The notes: generated by a model not told the origin, from the sequence alone. A DNA stretch of 64,000 nucleotides from an uncultured Ruficoccus sp. (GCA_965140785.1 OZ223510.1:128001-192000); one strand, 5' to 3'. Shown: positions 37,512 through 48,075, counted from the stretch's first letter. Program-made: numbers and translations.

Positions 37512-40463
37512 ATGCAAGCCGAACCTATCAACGACTCGCCGTCGCGCTTAAGACGGGTACACCCCATAGATCCTGTGATAAACCGAATAACGACATCCAT
37601 TCTGTTGCTTGCTATCTGTCTGGCAACCTATTCACAGGCCGAGCCCATCGAATTGCTCGGGCCGATCGAGTCGGCAAACGTTGTCCCGCCCACCATAAGT
37701 GAGAAAGGCGGCACCGGCCAAGACGGCCTGAGAGTTAAGGTGGAGAAAGCCGCAAATAGTCAGGATGCACAGGTGCTGCTCAAAACGGTAAAGAAATGGG
37801 AGGCAGGGGATGATCTGGTGCTAACTGTGGAAGCCCGAGCAGTGGGGTCTTCAGCCGATTCTGGGGAAGGGTGGGTTGATGTTGGCCTCCAGCATTCTCG
37901 GCCACCACACACCCTATTTTTCCGCGGCAGTGGTGCCATCGGCAAAGAATGGACCACTCTGGAGTTTTTGATCAAGGGCATGCCCGAAATGGAGCCCGGC
38001 GCATGCATGGTCTTCCTCGATTTTGGTCAGTGCGCACAAGAGATTGAATTGCGGCGTGTGGCCCTGACGTGGGATCCCGCCGAGAGTAAACAACGGCAGG
38101 CGCGTCATCAGGAGCCTCTGGCCAGCCCCTACGCTCGTCGGAGCGAACGGTTGCCGAAGGTAACCCACGTTTCGCTGGTGGCACCGAATATATTGGCATT
38201 GGAAGTTGAGGCGCAGGAGGTCGAGCGGGTTTCGCTTGTGCGTTACGAGCCCGAGCCGGGAGACCAGCTGCAGCCACAGAAGCGTCCCGACGGCACTGTG
38301 AAATGGAGTTGGGTGATCCGTGAGGGCAAGCAGTTTGGACGTCTGCATGCCCAGCAGTGGTTAACCACCCCCGAACGCCTGTTGGGCGATCCGCTTCTGA
38401 CGGATTACGCTGACGATGCGGCCAACTTCACGATCACTTCTACCGACGATCCAGCCTTTGAGAATGGCATCAACCCGCTGGCCACTTACCGCAAGAGTAA
38501 GCCTTCGAACATTGTCCTACCCGGAAAGGGGTACACCGTTACCCATCGCATCTACCTTGAACTCCCTGAGGCTATCCAGGCGGACAAGCACTATAAGATA
38601 TCCATCGACAAACTCAATGTGCAGAACCCCGAGTTGAACTTCATAGCCGACCTGCCTCAAGTCCGTAGCGAGGCGGTTCATGTGAACCAGGTCGGCTATC
38701 GTCCGGACGACCCGGTAAAGCGGGCATTCTTGTCCGTCTGGCTCGGCAGCGGCGGTGGTTATACCTTCCCCGAGGGCCTGAGCTTTTCTCTCGTCGACGA
38801 CGCGTCGGGCCGAGCCGTCTATAAGGGGAAGGTCGAGCCGGTCATGGCTGAAAACGGTACGGAGAAGTTGTGGAACAAGCCCCCGAAAAACTACTCGCAA
38901 ACCGCTATTTATCAGATGGACTTCAGCGGCTTCAACGAGCCCGGACGCTACCGGGTCTATGTCGAGGGCGTCGGTTGCAGCTACCCGTTTGAAATCCAAG
39001 ACAATGTCTGGCAGCTCGCATTTCTCACGCAAATGAAGGGACTGTATAATCAGCGCAGTGGCGTGGAGTTGGGCCCTCCCTACACCTCATTCAAACGCCC
39101 TCCTGATTTCCACCCGAACCATGGCGCGGTCGTCACCCGCTCGACTTATGACGCCTTAGCAGATGGCCAGTATGGCAGAGCCTTCTACAAAGCCGTCGCC
39201 GAGGCCGATACCCGCGAGCCCGTCCCCGAGGCTTGGGGCGGCTACCATGACGCCGGTGACTGGAACCCGCGCCGCGTCACGCACATGTATACGACGCTCG
39301 CGCAACTCGAACTCGTTGAGCTATTTCCCGACTATTTCAATACCCTTAAACTGAACATCCCCTCCATGGAGGGCGTTCCGGATATCATCACCGAAGCGTT
39401 GTTTGAAATCGATTGCTTCCGCCGCATTCAGCACGAAGATGGCGCCGTGCCCTTTGGCATTGAGACGAGCGGAGACCCGTTGTTCGGTGAATTGAGCTGG
39501 CTGTCAAACCAGCATGCCTACGTGCTCGCACCCAACATTCGTGACTCATGGCTATACGCCGCCGCTGCGGCGCGGGCCGCGAAAGTTTTACAGCCAATCA
39601 ATGCGGAACTGGCGGAGGTTTATCTTAAAAGTGCAACCCGTGCCTTCGATTGGGCCGAACGAACCTACGCGGACATGCGAGCGAGCGAGGGACAGCTTAA
39701 CAAGGGGAAATACTGGCAGGCAATTGATGCTCGCAACCTGTCCTCGCTCATCCTCTATGACATTACCGACGACCAGCGATACCACGCCGTATTCAAGGAG
39801 ACAACCTGCCTGACAAACCCCAATGCTGAAGCCGTGCAGTGGGGACTGCGGATCCAAAGCGACGCGATGTTTCTCTATACACGAATGGATGAAGCCAAGG
39901 TTGACGGGGAGCTGCTCAAGAACGCCCGCAAGGGCATTCGCAAGCTCGCTGAGCGCTCGTTGGACTACGCCAGGCACAACACGTTCAACATCACCCAGCG
40001 GGAGCCGGGCAGGCCGATGTTCGCCGGGTTCTTCAGTACCTCTGGCGGCATGGAATTGGTGCGTGCGCATTACATGACTGGGGAGGAAAGGTACCTCGCC
40101 GGAGCCGTGCAGTCCTGTCAGTTCCAGTTAGGCTGCAATCCCAGCAATCTTGTCTATACCACCGGCCTGGGTTCAAACCCGGTAAGAAACCCGTTGGAAG
40201 TCGACGCCCGCGGCAGCGGCCAGGACGTCCCCGTCGGGCTTACTGTCTTCGGCAACACCGACTACTTCAACTGGCCCAACAGCTTCTGGGACATGAACCT
40301 CAAGTTTGTCAACCAGCGAGAGTTCCTCTGGCCCAACGCTTACGAATGGCCGTTGACCGAAGCCTATTTCGATGTCTGGATCCTCGTCTCCGCCAACGAG
40401 TACGTCATCGACACGTGGGCACCCAACGTGCTGGTCTGGGGCTATCTGGCGGCTCGGAGGTAA
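37512..40463 (+). CDS. GH9 glycoside hydrolase with Ig-like domain and N-terminal CBM-like module
   Basis: VHVNQVGYRP, YNQRSG, GGYHDAGDW, YTTGLG and NEY motifs; signal peptide. Confidence 0.9.
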   Translation: MQAEPINDSPSRLRRVHPIDPVINRITTSILLLAICLATYSQAEPIELLGPIESANVVPPTISEKGGTGQDGLRVKVEKAANSQDAQVLLKTVKKWEAGDDLVLTVEARAVGSSADSGEGWVDVGLQHSRPPHTLFFRGSGAIGKEWTTLEFLIKGMPEMEPGACMVFLDFGQCAQEIELRRVALTWDPAESKQRQARHQEPLASPYARRSERLPKVTHVSLVAPNILALEVEAQEVERVSLVRYEPEPGDQLQPQKRPDGTVKWSWVIREGKQFGRLHAQQWLTTPERLLGDPLLTDYADDAANFTITSTDDPAFENGINPLATYRKSKPSNIVLPGKGYTVTHRIYLELPEAIQADKHYKISIDKLNVQNPELNFIADLPQVRSEAVHVNQVGYRPDDPVKRAFLSVWLGSGGGYTFPEGLSFSLVDDASGRAVYKGKVEPVMAENGTEKLWNKPPKNYSQTAIYQMDFSGFNEPGRYRVYVEGVGCSYPFEIQDNVWQLAFLTQMKGLYNQRSGVELGPPYTSFKRPPDFHPNHGAVVTRSTYDALADGQYGRAFYKAVAEADTREPVPEAWGGYHDAGDWNPRRVTHMYTTLAQLELVELFPDYFNTLKLNIPSMEGVPDIITEALFEIDCFRRIQHEDGAVPFGIETSGDPLFGELSWLSNQHAYVLAPNIRDSWLYAAAAARAAKVLQPINAELAEVYLKSATRAFDWAERTYADMRASEGQLNKGKYWQAIDARNLSSLILYDITDDQRYHAVFKETTCLTNPNAEAVQWGLRIQSDAMFLYTRMDEAKVDGELLKNARKGIRKLAERSLDYARHNTFNITQREPGRPMFAGFFSTSGGMELVRAHYMTGEERYLAGAVQSCQFQLGCNPSNLVYTTGLGSNPVRNPLEVDARGSGQDVPVGLTVFGNTDYFNWPNSFWDMNLKFVNQREFLWPNAYEWPLTEAYFDVWILVSANEYVIDTWAPNVLVWGYLAARR

Positions 40464-40465
40464 AG

Positions 40466-41623
40466 GTGTTAGCCCATTGGCGTGAAAAGGCGTACGGGCA
40501 GGTGAACGGGCCTGTGTGGGCCCGATGCCGTGGTACGACTTTTGCATTTCCCGTGGTGAGGAGATGGGGACTTGCCGTATTTCATGGCTTGAGCCCTACG
40601 TCCAAGGCGCTCGTCCTAACAGGACCGAAGATCGACCTGTCCGGTCATCTGGCCAAGGCGGTTCTAGTCCTTTTGTCACTGATGGCTTCCTGTCGGGCCC
40701 CGTTGTATGGCGAGGCGAGACACACGACTTCAGACTCGAAAGTGATCCTGCCGGATACCGTCTACCTGGCAAACGACAAGGTGCGTGTGGGGGTATCGCC
40801 CCACACGGGACGCATTGTCGACTTCGGGCTGGCGGAGGGAGGCCGCAATCTGATTTGGCTGGACGCGAGGGAGATTGATGCCTTGCGGATGGCTGACGGG
40901 GGCGAGCGGTACTACAACCTCGGAGGTGACAAATTGTGGCCCGCCCCTCAGCTCATGTGGGAGGAGGTCACGGGCCATGACAGTTGGCCCCCCGATGAGG
41001 TGATCGATGGACAGCCTTGGGCTTTGTTAGCGTGCGATGCCACAAGCCTCATCATTGAAAGCCGGCCGAGTCCTAGTTATGACATCGTCGTGCGCCGGCG
41101 TATTGATCTCATGGCCGACGACGCTCAGATCCGCATCACGAACACGTTTCGGCGGATCGCCGTCAACCCTTTCCCTGTCTGCATCTGGAGCGTGACTCAG
41201 GTTCAACAACCCCGCTGGATTATTCTCGACATTGCTGAAGATAGGCCGCTCCCCAGCGAAACCGTACGCCCCCTCGGCGTATTCTCGAACGAACGGACCG
41301 CCGGCTTTTTCGAGACGCACGATGGTAGGGCCGTGGTGTGGCGGCCCCATGGTCAGCCGGATGCCAAACTCGGCACTTTCGGTCGATCGATTGCAGCCGT
41401 TTACGACGATGTCATCTTTCTACAACAGAGCCAGTTCGATCCGCACGGGGCCTATTTGGAAGCATCGTCCATCCAAGCTTATCACACGGTCGATTACTGT
41501 GAGCTTGAAGTACTGAGTCCGCTCGTTCAATTGGCCCCGGGCGAAGAGCTTCAAAATACGGTGATGTGGACACTTATTCCAGTATCCCCCAGCCCCGTCG
41601 TTCGTATCCTCAAATATTATTAA
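40466..41623 (+). CDS. DUF4380-like hypothetical protein; start uncertain
   Basis: GRIVDFG...NLIW...NLGGDKLWPAPQ...ELEVLSP pattern. Confidence 0.65.
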   Translation: MLAHWREKAYGQVNGPVWARCRGTTFAFPVVRRWGLAVFHGLSPTSKALVLTGPKIDLSGHLAKAVLVLLSLMASCRAPLYGEARHTTSDSKVILPDTVYLANDKVRVGVSPHTGRIVDFGLAEGGRNLIWLDAREIDALRMADGGERYYNLGGDKLWPAPQLMWEEVTGHDSWPPDEVIDGQPWALLACDATSLIIESRPSPSYDIVVRRRIDLMADDAQIRITNTFRRIAVNPFPVCIWSVTQVQQPRWIILDIAEDRPLPSETVRPLGVFSNERTAGFFETHDGRAVVWRPHGQPDAKLGTFGRSIAAVYDDVIFLQQSQFDPHGAYLEASSIQAYHTVDYCELEVLSPLVQLAPGEELQNTVMWTLIPVSPSPVVRILKYY

Positions 41624-41717
41624 CTAATCGCGCACCTGACTGACCTGACCCAAATAGGCCAGGTACGATGAGAGTCTGGGGATTATTATGCCCCGCATAG
41701 GCGCAAAAGCTCATACA

Positions 41718-42566
41718 TCAGCGATCAGAATGACCGCGTGATTTGCGCTTATACGCCATTGCACCGAAGGCAAGTACACCCAGAAAGCACAAGGCCGAAG
41801 GCTCAGGAATCGCCGTCACCTCAAGGTTGTCACCACCCGTGAAATAGACATCAGAGTTGGCTCTAAAGCCGATATAAGCTGAATCGTCGGCCAACAACAC
41901 AGCATTCTGGATCGATGAGTTGCGAGAGGCGATGAGACTCGGTGTAGTTGTGCCATCCGCACCCAAGTCATACAGGGAGTAAGTCAGGTCGTAAGTGGCG
42001 GTTTCCGCATCGGTTAGGACCAAGTCCATCGATATTCGATACCAATTGGTGCTTGAATCCGACAAGGTAAAGGACGACCCCAATGCGGTGAACGGCACGG
42101 GAGCCCAAGGGGCTGGTTCGGTCGCGAAGGCGTTGGCCAGATTGAAGTAATAGGTATCCGCCGAACTCCGGCTCACCGAGGCGAATAGGCGGGCGATGGG
42201 CGTCGAACTATTACCACCATTGATCCCACGCGAAAGATCGCCGGTCAATCCGAAGTAGAAAATGTCGCCAGTCGTCGCTCCCTTGTGAAAGTCCATGCTC
42301 GCGGAAAACGAGGTGGTCGATGTGAAATCAAAGCTTGTGGCATTGTACAGGGCACTGGTTGGCGCGCTCGTGGACAAGATCGCTCCACCCGTTCCGTTGA
42401 CACCGGCTGCGGCAGAGTAGGCAAAGTTGCTCGATGCCCCGTTGCTTCCATTGAGTTGGGTAAAAGAACCCATTACCGTGGGCGAATCAAAGTCTACTGA
42501 GACAGTTTGCCCAAATGCCGGCGAGATGATCAGAGGTAACAAGATAAGAATTCGAATTTTCATCAT
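41718..42566 (-). CDS. PEP-CTERM sorting domain protein
   Basis: Signal peptide; AIPEPSALCFLGVLAFGAMAYKRK tail. Confidence 0.92.
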   Translation of the reverse strand: MMKIRILILLPLIISPAFGQTVSVDFDSPTVMGSFTQLNGSNGASSNFAYSAAAGVNGTGGAILSTSAPTSALYNATSFDFTSTTSFSASMDFHKGATTGDIFYFGLTGDLSRGINGGNSSTPIARLFASVSRSSADTYYFNLANAFATEPAPWAPVPFTALGSSFTLSDSSTNWYRISMDLVLTDAETATYDLTYSLYDLGADGTTTPSLIASRNSSIQNAVLLADDSAYIGFRANSDVYFTGGDNLEVTAIPEPSALCFLGVLAFGAMAYKRKSRGHSDR

Positions 42567-42614
42567 AGTTGCCCTTATACATAATTCATTATTTTGTAGT
42601 CAACGAAAGATGAT

Positions 42615-42628
42615 TGCATGCTAATGCA
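42615..42628. promoter_or_regulatory. Putative operator (motif 2)
   Basis: TGCATGCTAATGCA, the reverse complement of 37243-37256. Confidence 0.6.
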
Positions 42629-42666
42629 CCCCGTGGAGTGCATCACTGATGTCCAGTTAAGAGCAA

Positions 42667-43060
42667 GGCCACTTCTATTGACCTCGCAGATTTTAAGACA
42701 AATAACTATAATTTTCTATGCGCGTAAAGAGTGGCAGTGGACAGAGTAACATTTTCGATATTTTAAAACACGCGAAGAGTGCTTCGCAGCGTAAGAGCAG
42801 CCTGGATCGGCTTGCTGTGATCGACTGGGATTCGTTTCGTCCGCTGCTTGAGGAACGCCTGGCCTACGGCGACCAGAGTAAAGGTTGTCGCATCCCTTGG
42901 TGTCCTGTTTTGATGCTCATGGTGCTGGTGCTGCAACCGTGGCCAAGACTGGCATCCGCGCCGAGCCGATTTGCGGGATTCTTGTGGGCTTGGATACCGA
43001 CCGGAGGCCAGCCAAGGCGATGCGATGGAGTCTTGGGAAAAACTGTCTGGCATACTGCAT
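42667..43060 (+). mobile_element. IS5-family remnant (5' part)
   Basis: GGCCACTTCTATTGACCTC end; IDWDSFRPLL...DQSKGCRIP...LMLMVLVLQ; homologous to 35484. Confidence 0.85.
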
Positions 43061-43225
43061 AGAAAATTTGCTTCTAGCGGTATCTTCCCTGTCGGCGGGA
43101 CTCATCGTAATCTTGACCAGCGACCGTCCAAACAACATACTCACTGAACACAAGTTAAGTTGTCCAAGCCGCCTCATCACCCCGATGGGTGAGCTCATTT
43201 GCCGCCATCTCTATAAATAAAAGTC

Positions 43226-45175
43226 ATGCGCTTACCCCAGCTTCTTCGAAGTCTCGTTCTATCACTGTTTCTCGTCCAACTTGCCTTATCCGTATCCGCG
43301 GCTGAGGAACAGACCGATCCCGCCTCGTCTTGCGAGGAACTGATCCTGAAGATCAAGCAACGGCAGGTAGAGCTGCCTCAAGGAGATAGCCGGGAATTTT
43401 ATCGAGAATTTGAAACGCTCCGCCGGATTCAGTCCTACATCGACACCAACCTGCTACCGCGCATTCAAAAGGAAGAGTGGAGCGGCGCCGCGCAAGCCCT
43501 TCAGGCGATGCTGAGCATGCAACCGCCCCCACAGATCAGCGAGCAGATCGACAAGCTCTTGGAGTCGGTGCAGGCTGAGCAGCAGGCTGAACAAGACCGC
43601 GTGGTTGAAGAGCTTGAAACTTTTAAAAAAAATCTGACTGAGCATCTGCTGGAGTGCAAAACGGCCAGTGAATTGGATGCCCCGATCAAGGAACTCAATC
43701 AGATCGCGGGACAGATTTCTAAAATTACGAGTTGGGACCGTGGAACGCGTCCCGAAACCAATTCTATTTTGGAACTCCTTGTGAACTGGCAGGATTTTCT
43801 TTATTTAAAAAGTCAGGGAAAAAACAAGGAAGCACAGAGGCACCTCGATCAAATTGAAAGGCAGGTCAGCCGGGTCCCGCTCGTTCCCCGCTCCCAGGTA
43901 CTTCAGCTTGGGATCGGACTGAGCAACGAAGTCGCCGAGAACAACATCAGTGAAGAATTGGACACGATTCTGGATACGATGGATGGTCCGGAGTCGTATG
44001 AGCGAATTTTCAAACAACTGCAGGACCTCTTTGATCGGAGTAACCAAAACTACACCGTATCCAGGTACCGGGATCTGGTCGAATCTTTCATGTTGGCCCG
44101 GAACTACATCAATGAGGACAATCCCTACGCAGCCTTCAATCGTATCAATTGGGTGGGAAGGTCATCCGGGACAGAGGCGGACCCGCGCATGTCCGCCGAG
44201 CGTGAAAGATTGATCCTTGAGGCTTTGTCCCTGGGGCAGCCCGAGGAGCTTCAGCCCTTAGAGGACGAGTCCGTCATTGTTTACGTGGATCGGGTTGCCG
44301 CCGCGCTGGGCAAGGCAGAACAGTGGCAAGAGCAGTGGGAATTTCTCGATCGCGCGAGGGCATCGCAAGTCATTCAGAATAACCCGAGTACCTACGAGGA
44401 ATTGCGCAACAGCTCCAAGCTTATTGCAGGGACACGCTACGAGCAGATCGGGGAAGACGAGACCGCCTACATGTTCTACAGTGACGTTATTGATTCGCCC
44501 TCCCGGTTTAATCAGGGGATCGGAGCGCAGGCTGGCATCAAACGACTGCTCGAGAAGGACCCGGGAATTGCGCAACGTGCAAGGATCAAGCAAGCGGAGC
44601 AGAATGCCTATCGGAGATACTTTCAAGAAAGCCTCAGCCGGGACGGGGGAAGGATGCCGGCTCACATGTTAAGCGAAAAAGCTCTGAGTTCCGTGATCGA
44701 TGAGAAGGTCAAAGAGACGGTTGCCACCCAAGTTCAGCAGATGCAGGGCAGCAGGGACCCCTTTGCGCCATCCTCAGGGGATCGTCAAAAAAAACCGAAT
44801 ACGAAGCCCGGCCAGCGGTTCGAGGTCACCTATCTGGACGATCAGGAAAACCAGGTTACTCAGATTTTCGACCATTTCTCTCAAAGCGGGCAGCATTTTC
44901 TACGCACCATTGATCACCACGAGCTGACGGTGGATATGGTTCAGTCGATCGAGATCAAAGATCCACTGCCCCTGAAAACGATCAAGCAGTGGCCCTCGAA
45001 GTTTGAGAACAAAAAGGACATCCCCATCACGAAGCTGAAGATCACGTTGCTCTCGGGCGAAGAGTTTGAAGACCAGATGTACAGCACGCTATTTCTGACC
45101 TTCACGAATGAAGCTGAACATCAGCGGCTATCGGAACATCCTCCACGAATCTTATCCATTAAGCGAGTTCCTTGA
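43226..45175 (+). CDS. Secreted helical hypothetical protein
   Basis: 649-aa ORF with signal peptide; no family recognised. Confidence 0.75.
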   Translation: MRLPQLLRSLVLSLFLVQLALSVSAAEEQTDPASSCEELILKIKQRQVELPQGDSREFYREFETLRRIQSYIDTNLLPRIQKEEWSGAAQALQAMLSMQPPPQISEQIDKLLESVQAEQQAEQDRVVEELETFKKNLTEHLLECKTASELDAPIKELNQIAGQISKITSWDRGTRPETNSILELLVNWQDFLYLKSQGKNKEAQRHLDQIERQVSRVPLVPRSQVLQLGIGLSNEVAENNISEELDTILDTMDGPESYERIFKQLQDLFDRSNQNYTVSRYRDLVESFMLARNYINEDNPYAAFNRINWVGRSSGTEADPRMSAERERLILEALSLGQPEELQPLEDESVIVYVDRVAAALGKAEQWQEQWEFLDRARASQVIQNNPSTYEELRNSSKLIAGTRYEQIGEDETAYMFYSDVIDSPSRFNQGIGAQAGIKRLLEKDPGIAQRARIKQAEQNAYRRYFQESLSRDGGRMPAHMLSEKALSSVIDEKVKETVATQVQQMQGSRDPFAPSSGDRQKKPNTKPGQRFEVTYLDDQENQVTQIFDHFSQSGQHFLRTIDHHELTVDMVQSIEIKDPLPLKTIKQWPSKFENKKDIPITKLKITLLSGEEFEDQMYSTLFLTFTNEAEHQRLSEHPPRILSIKRVP

Positions 45176-45329
45176 GTCGTCGTGCGGGAGACAGGTGGGA
45201 ATCGGTATTTACCGAGAGCCCAGCTCGTTTTCCAGTTTGGCGGCCAGGGTGCGTGTGGGCGGGGGGGCGATACGCCCAATGCGGATTGGGAGTCTTTGTG
45301 TTTCTCGTCCACCTGACGGGGGATACGAT

Positions 45330-45362
45330 AAAGCCTGTCGGCTTATACGCCGACAGGCTTTT
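45330..45362. terminator. Bidirectional intrinsic terminator
   Basis: AAAGCCTGTCGGC-TTATAC-GCCGACAGGCTTT between convergent genes. Confidence 0.75.
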
Positions 45363-45488
45363 CATTTATAAATCAGTCACGCGGGCAAGACACCATCTGT
45401 CTTCACCCTGAAGTCCCAAGTGCGATGCTCGCTCAGCCTGAGACGGAAAGTCTTCGGCGGGAATGAATCGCTTGCTTGGTCAGCGATT

Positions 45489-45791
45489 TTAGAACCAGCC
45501 TTTTTTGCCGTTGATATAGGTGGCGGCAAACTCGTCGTCACTGCGGGTCAGGTAAATGATGCCTTCGATCAGTCCGATGATCCCGACCACAGTGGCGGCC
45601 AGGCCAAAAGTCAGGAATCCGCCGATCAGCGTGACCAGCAGCATGATCAGGCCCTCCTTGGTGTAGCCGAGGATGAATTTGTGAATACCGAGGAAGCCCA
45701 AGAGAATACCGCAGATACCGGCAGCGATTTTTTTGCCGGCCACGTCGGAGGAGGGAGGAGGTGTCGCAGGCGCTTCAGGTGTTTCGGTCAT
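45489..45791 (-). CDS. TM2 domain protein
   Basis: KKIAAGICGILLGFLGIHKFILG...IEGIIYLT. Confidence 0.9.
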   Translation of the reverse strand: MTETPEAPATPPPSSDVAGKKIAAGICGILLGFLGIHKFILGYTKEGLIMLLVTLIGGFLTFGLAATVVGIIGLIEGIIYLTRSDDEFAATYINGKKGWF

Positions 45792-45884
45792 AAGAGTACA
45801 GATTCAGTGGTTTGCAGTTTCAGGGCGCTTCGATCGACCGGCCGTCGATGGAGGAGCCCGAGGTGAGAGTTGTGCGAGAGGAAA

Positions 45885-46574
45885 TCAGTACCGGCCCTGC
45901 TGGAGCTGTTGCAACTGGTCCATGAAGCCAGGAGCCGAGGCGCCAACGATCATCGTGAAAATAAAGAACCCGATGATGGCCACCAAATAAAGCAGGGTTA
46001 AGACGCCCATAATGACGATCAGCAGCTTGATTTTGTTCTGGGCACTGAGGGCCAGATCGAAGTCGCCGCTCATGCTGGCTTCGCGCGCCCGGTTGGCAGC
46101 CTGCCACATGAGGACGCCCATCCAGATCGGCAACCAGGCCCACAGGATCCCGACGATGGTCAGGACCGAAAACGCCCCGCTGACGATTTGCAGGATGGCC
46201 ATCAACTTGAGCCAGAAACCTGCTCCGGCCAAGGGCTCGCTCAGGGCCACCACGACTTGGTCGTTGCCGGTCCCGGTGCTTGTACCGGAGGCGGGGAACC
46301 CTGAAGGCTCGGGGAGGGGGGCGGACGTCGCCGTCGCCGGGGCCATGGGCGTACCCAGCCGGACGGGGCCGGATGACCGCGCGGGTGAGTTTTTCTTGTT
46401 TTCGAACAAGTCGGAGAATTCCGGCAATTCGCCCAGCGGGCGGGGGCTTTCCTCGCCGCGCCGGATGATGGTTTGCGTATTGGCCCGGCCTTGCTGGACC
46501 CATTCGCGGATGGTGGTTGCCGGGACGGGGCCGTACTCTTTGCCGTCGCCTCCAGTGATCGTATAATTTTCCAC
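45885..46574 (-). CDS. GYF_2-like N-terminal domain plus DUF5362-like membrane domain
   Basis: GGDGKEYGPV...WVQQGR and WLKL...TIVGILWAWLPIWMGVL. Confidence 0.75.
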   Translation of the reverse strand: MENYTITGGDGKEYGPVPATTIREWVQQGRANTQTIIRRGEESPRPLGELPEFSDLFENKKNSPARSSGPVRLGTPMAPATATSAPLPEPSGFPASGTSTGTGNDQVVVALSEPLAGAGFWLKLMAILQIVSGAFSVLTIVGILWAWLPIWMGVLMWQAANRAREASMSGDFDLALSAQNKIKLLIVIMGVLTLLYLVAIIGFFIFTMIVGASAPGFMDQLQQLQQGRY

Positions 46575-46731
46575 AGCGGTAGTAAGTAAGAGGGGATTGT
46601 CGTGCTTAGCGTAAGAAAGGCTAACGGGTTGTCAGTCGTGCAGGCAAGTCTCTTTCCTCAATGGACACCGGACCGCTATTTTTTGATTTTTACTTAACGG
46701 CGAATCGCCTATGGTGCCTTTCGATCATCCC

Positions 46732-47403
46732 ATGAGCGTATTTAAGCCAGCAACCCTTTCCGACCAGATCTACCGCGAGCTGCAACGGCGCATCCTGCGC
46801 TGCGAGCTGGCTCCGGGGGAACGCCTGGTGGAGAAGGCCCTGTGCGAGGAGCTGGCGATCTCCCGGGCCAGCCTGCGGGAGGTGCTCGCCCGCCTGGCCC
46901 AGGACAAGCTCGTCACCCTCAAGCCCAATTGCGGCTTTAGCGTGACGCCGATCACGATCGAGAGCTTCCGTAATGTGTGCGAACTGCGCCGCGTGGTGGA
47001 GTCCCAGGTTGCCGCACTGGCCGCCGAGCGTGCCACCCCTGCCGACATCGCCCAGATGCGTCAGACAGCTGTGGTCGATTGCGCCTTTGACGATAAGGAC
47101 GCTTTTGCCGTGTACTGCGAGAGCAACCGCGCCTTTCACCAGAGCATCGCCGAATGCATCGACAATATACTCCTGGAAGACATCGTGCTGGCCGCTCTCG
47201 ACAAGGACCAGCAGCCGATTTACTACGGGATCGACATCTCAGTGTGCACGCGGCCCCTTGATGTCACCGCCGAGCACCTCGCCATCGTCGATGCGATCGA
47301 GGCGCGCGATCCGGAGCGGGCACGCCACCTCATGGCCCAGCACATCGGCAAGAAAGAGGACCGCATCCTCGAAGCTCTCAAGGACAAGGACATCCCGGCA
47401 TGA
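46732..47403 (+). CDS. GntR (FCD) family regulator
   Basis: LAPGERLVE...LAISRASLRE, NRAFH, EHLAIVDAI. Confidence 0.92.
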   Translation: MSVFKPATLSDQIYRELQRRILRCELAPGERLVEKALCEELAISRASLREVLARLAQDKLVTLKPNCGFSVTPITIESFRNVCELRRVVESQVAALAAERATPADIAQMRQTAVVDCAFDDKDAFAVYCESNRAFHQSIAECIDNILLEDIVLAALDKDQQPIYYGIDISVCTRPLDVTAEHLAIVDAIEARDPERARHLMAQHIGKKEDRILEALKDKDIPA

Positions 47404-48053
47404 CCAAACGCGAACGTGCCGAATGGATCGCCGGTGAGCTGCAACGGCTCTTTCCGAATCCCAAAATCCCCCTCGACCACAAGGACCCCTATACGCTGTT
47501 GGTCGCGGTGTTACTCTCGGCCCAGTGCACGGATACGCGCGTCAATCTGGTCACGCCTATTCTCTTTGAACGGGCGGACAATCCGGCGGACATGGCCCAG
47601 GTGCCGGTAGAGGAAATCCAGGCCATTATCCGCCCCTGCGGACTGGCCCCGGCCAAGGCCAAGGGCATCTGCGGCCTGTCGAAGATTATTATGGAGAAGC
47701 ACGGGGGCGAAGTCCCCCGGACGATGGAGGAGCTGGAGGAGCTGCCGGGGGTGGGGCACAAGACCGCCTCAGTCGTCATGGTCCAGGCGTTCGAGGAGCC
47801 GGCCTTTCCGGTCGATACGCACATTCACCGTCTGGCCCAGCGCTGGGAGCTGACCAGCGGCAAGAATGTGGTCCAGACCGAGCGGGACCTGAAGCGGCTT
47901 TTCCCGGCCTCCAGTTGGCACGACCTGCACCTGCAAATCATCTACTATGGTCGCGAAATTTGTCCGGCCCGTGGCTGCGATGGGCTGCGCTGTGAAATTT
48001 GCCGCACCTGTTTCCCGGAGCGCAAACGTCCCCGTAAGCGCAAGCCGGCTTGA
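47400..48053 (+). CDS. nth: Endonuclease III
   Basis: LLSAQCTD, LPGVGHKTA HhH motif, VDTHIHR, C-terminal Cys cluster. Confidence 0.95.
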   Translation: MTKRERAEWIAGELQRLFPNPKIPLDHKDPYTLLVAVLLSAQCTDTRVNLVTPILFERADNPADMAQVPVEEIQAIIRPCGLAPAKAKGICGLSKIIMEKHGGEVPRTMEELEELPGVGHKTASVVMVQAFEEPAFPVDTHIHRLAQRWELTSGKNVVQTERDLKRLFPASSWHDLHLQIIYYGREICPARGCDGLRCEICRTCFPERKRPRKRKPA

Positions 48054-48075
48054 AGTCGGGCGGCAGTACGGCGGG

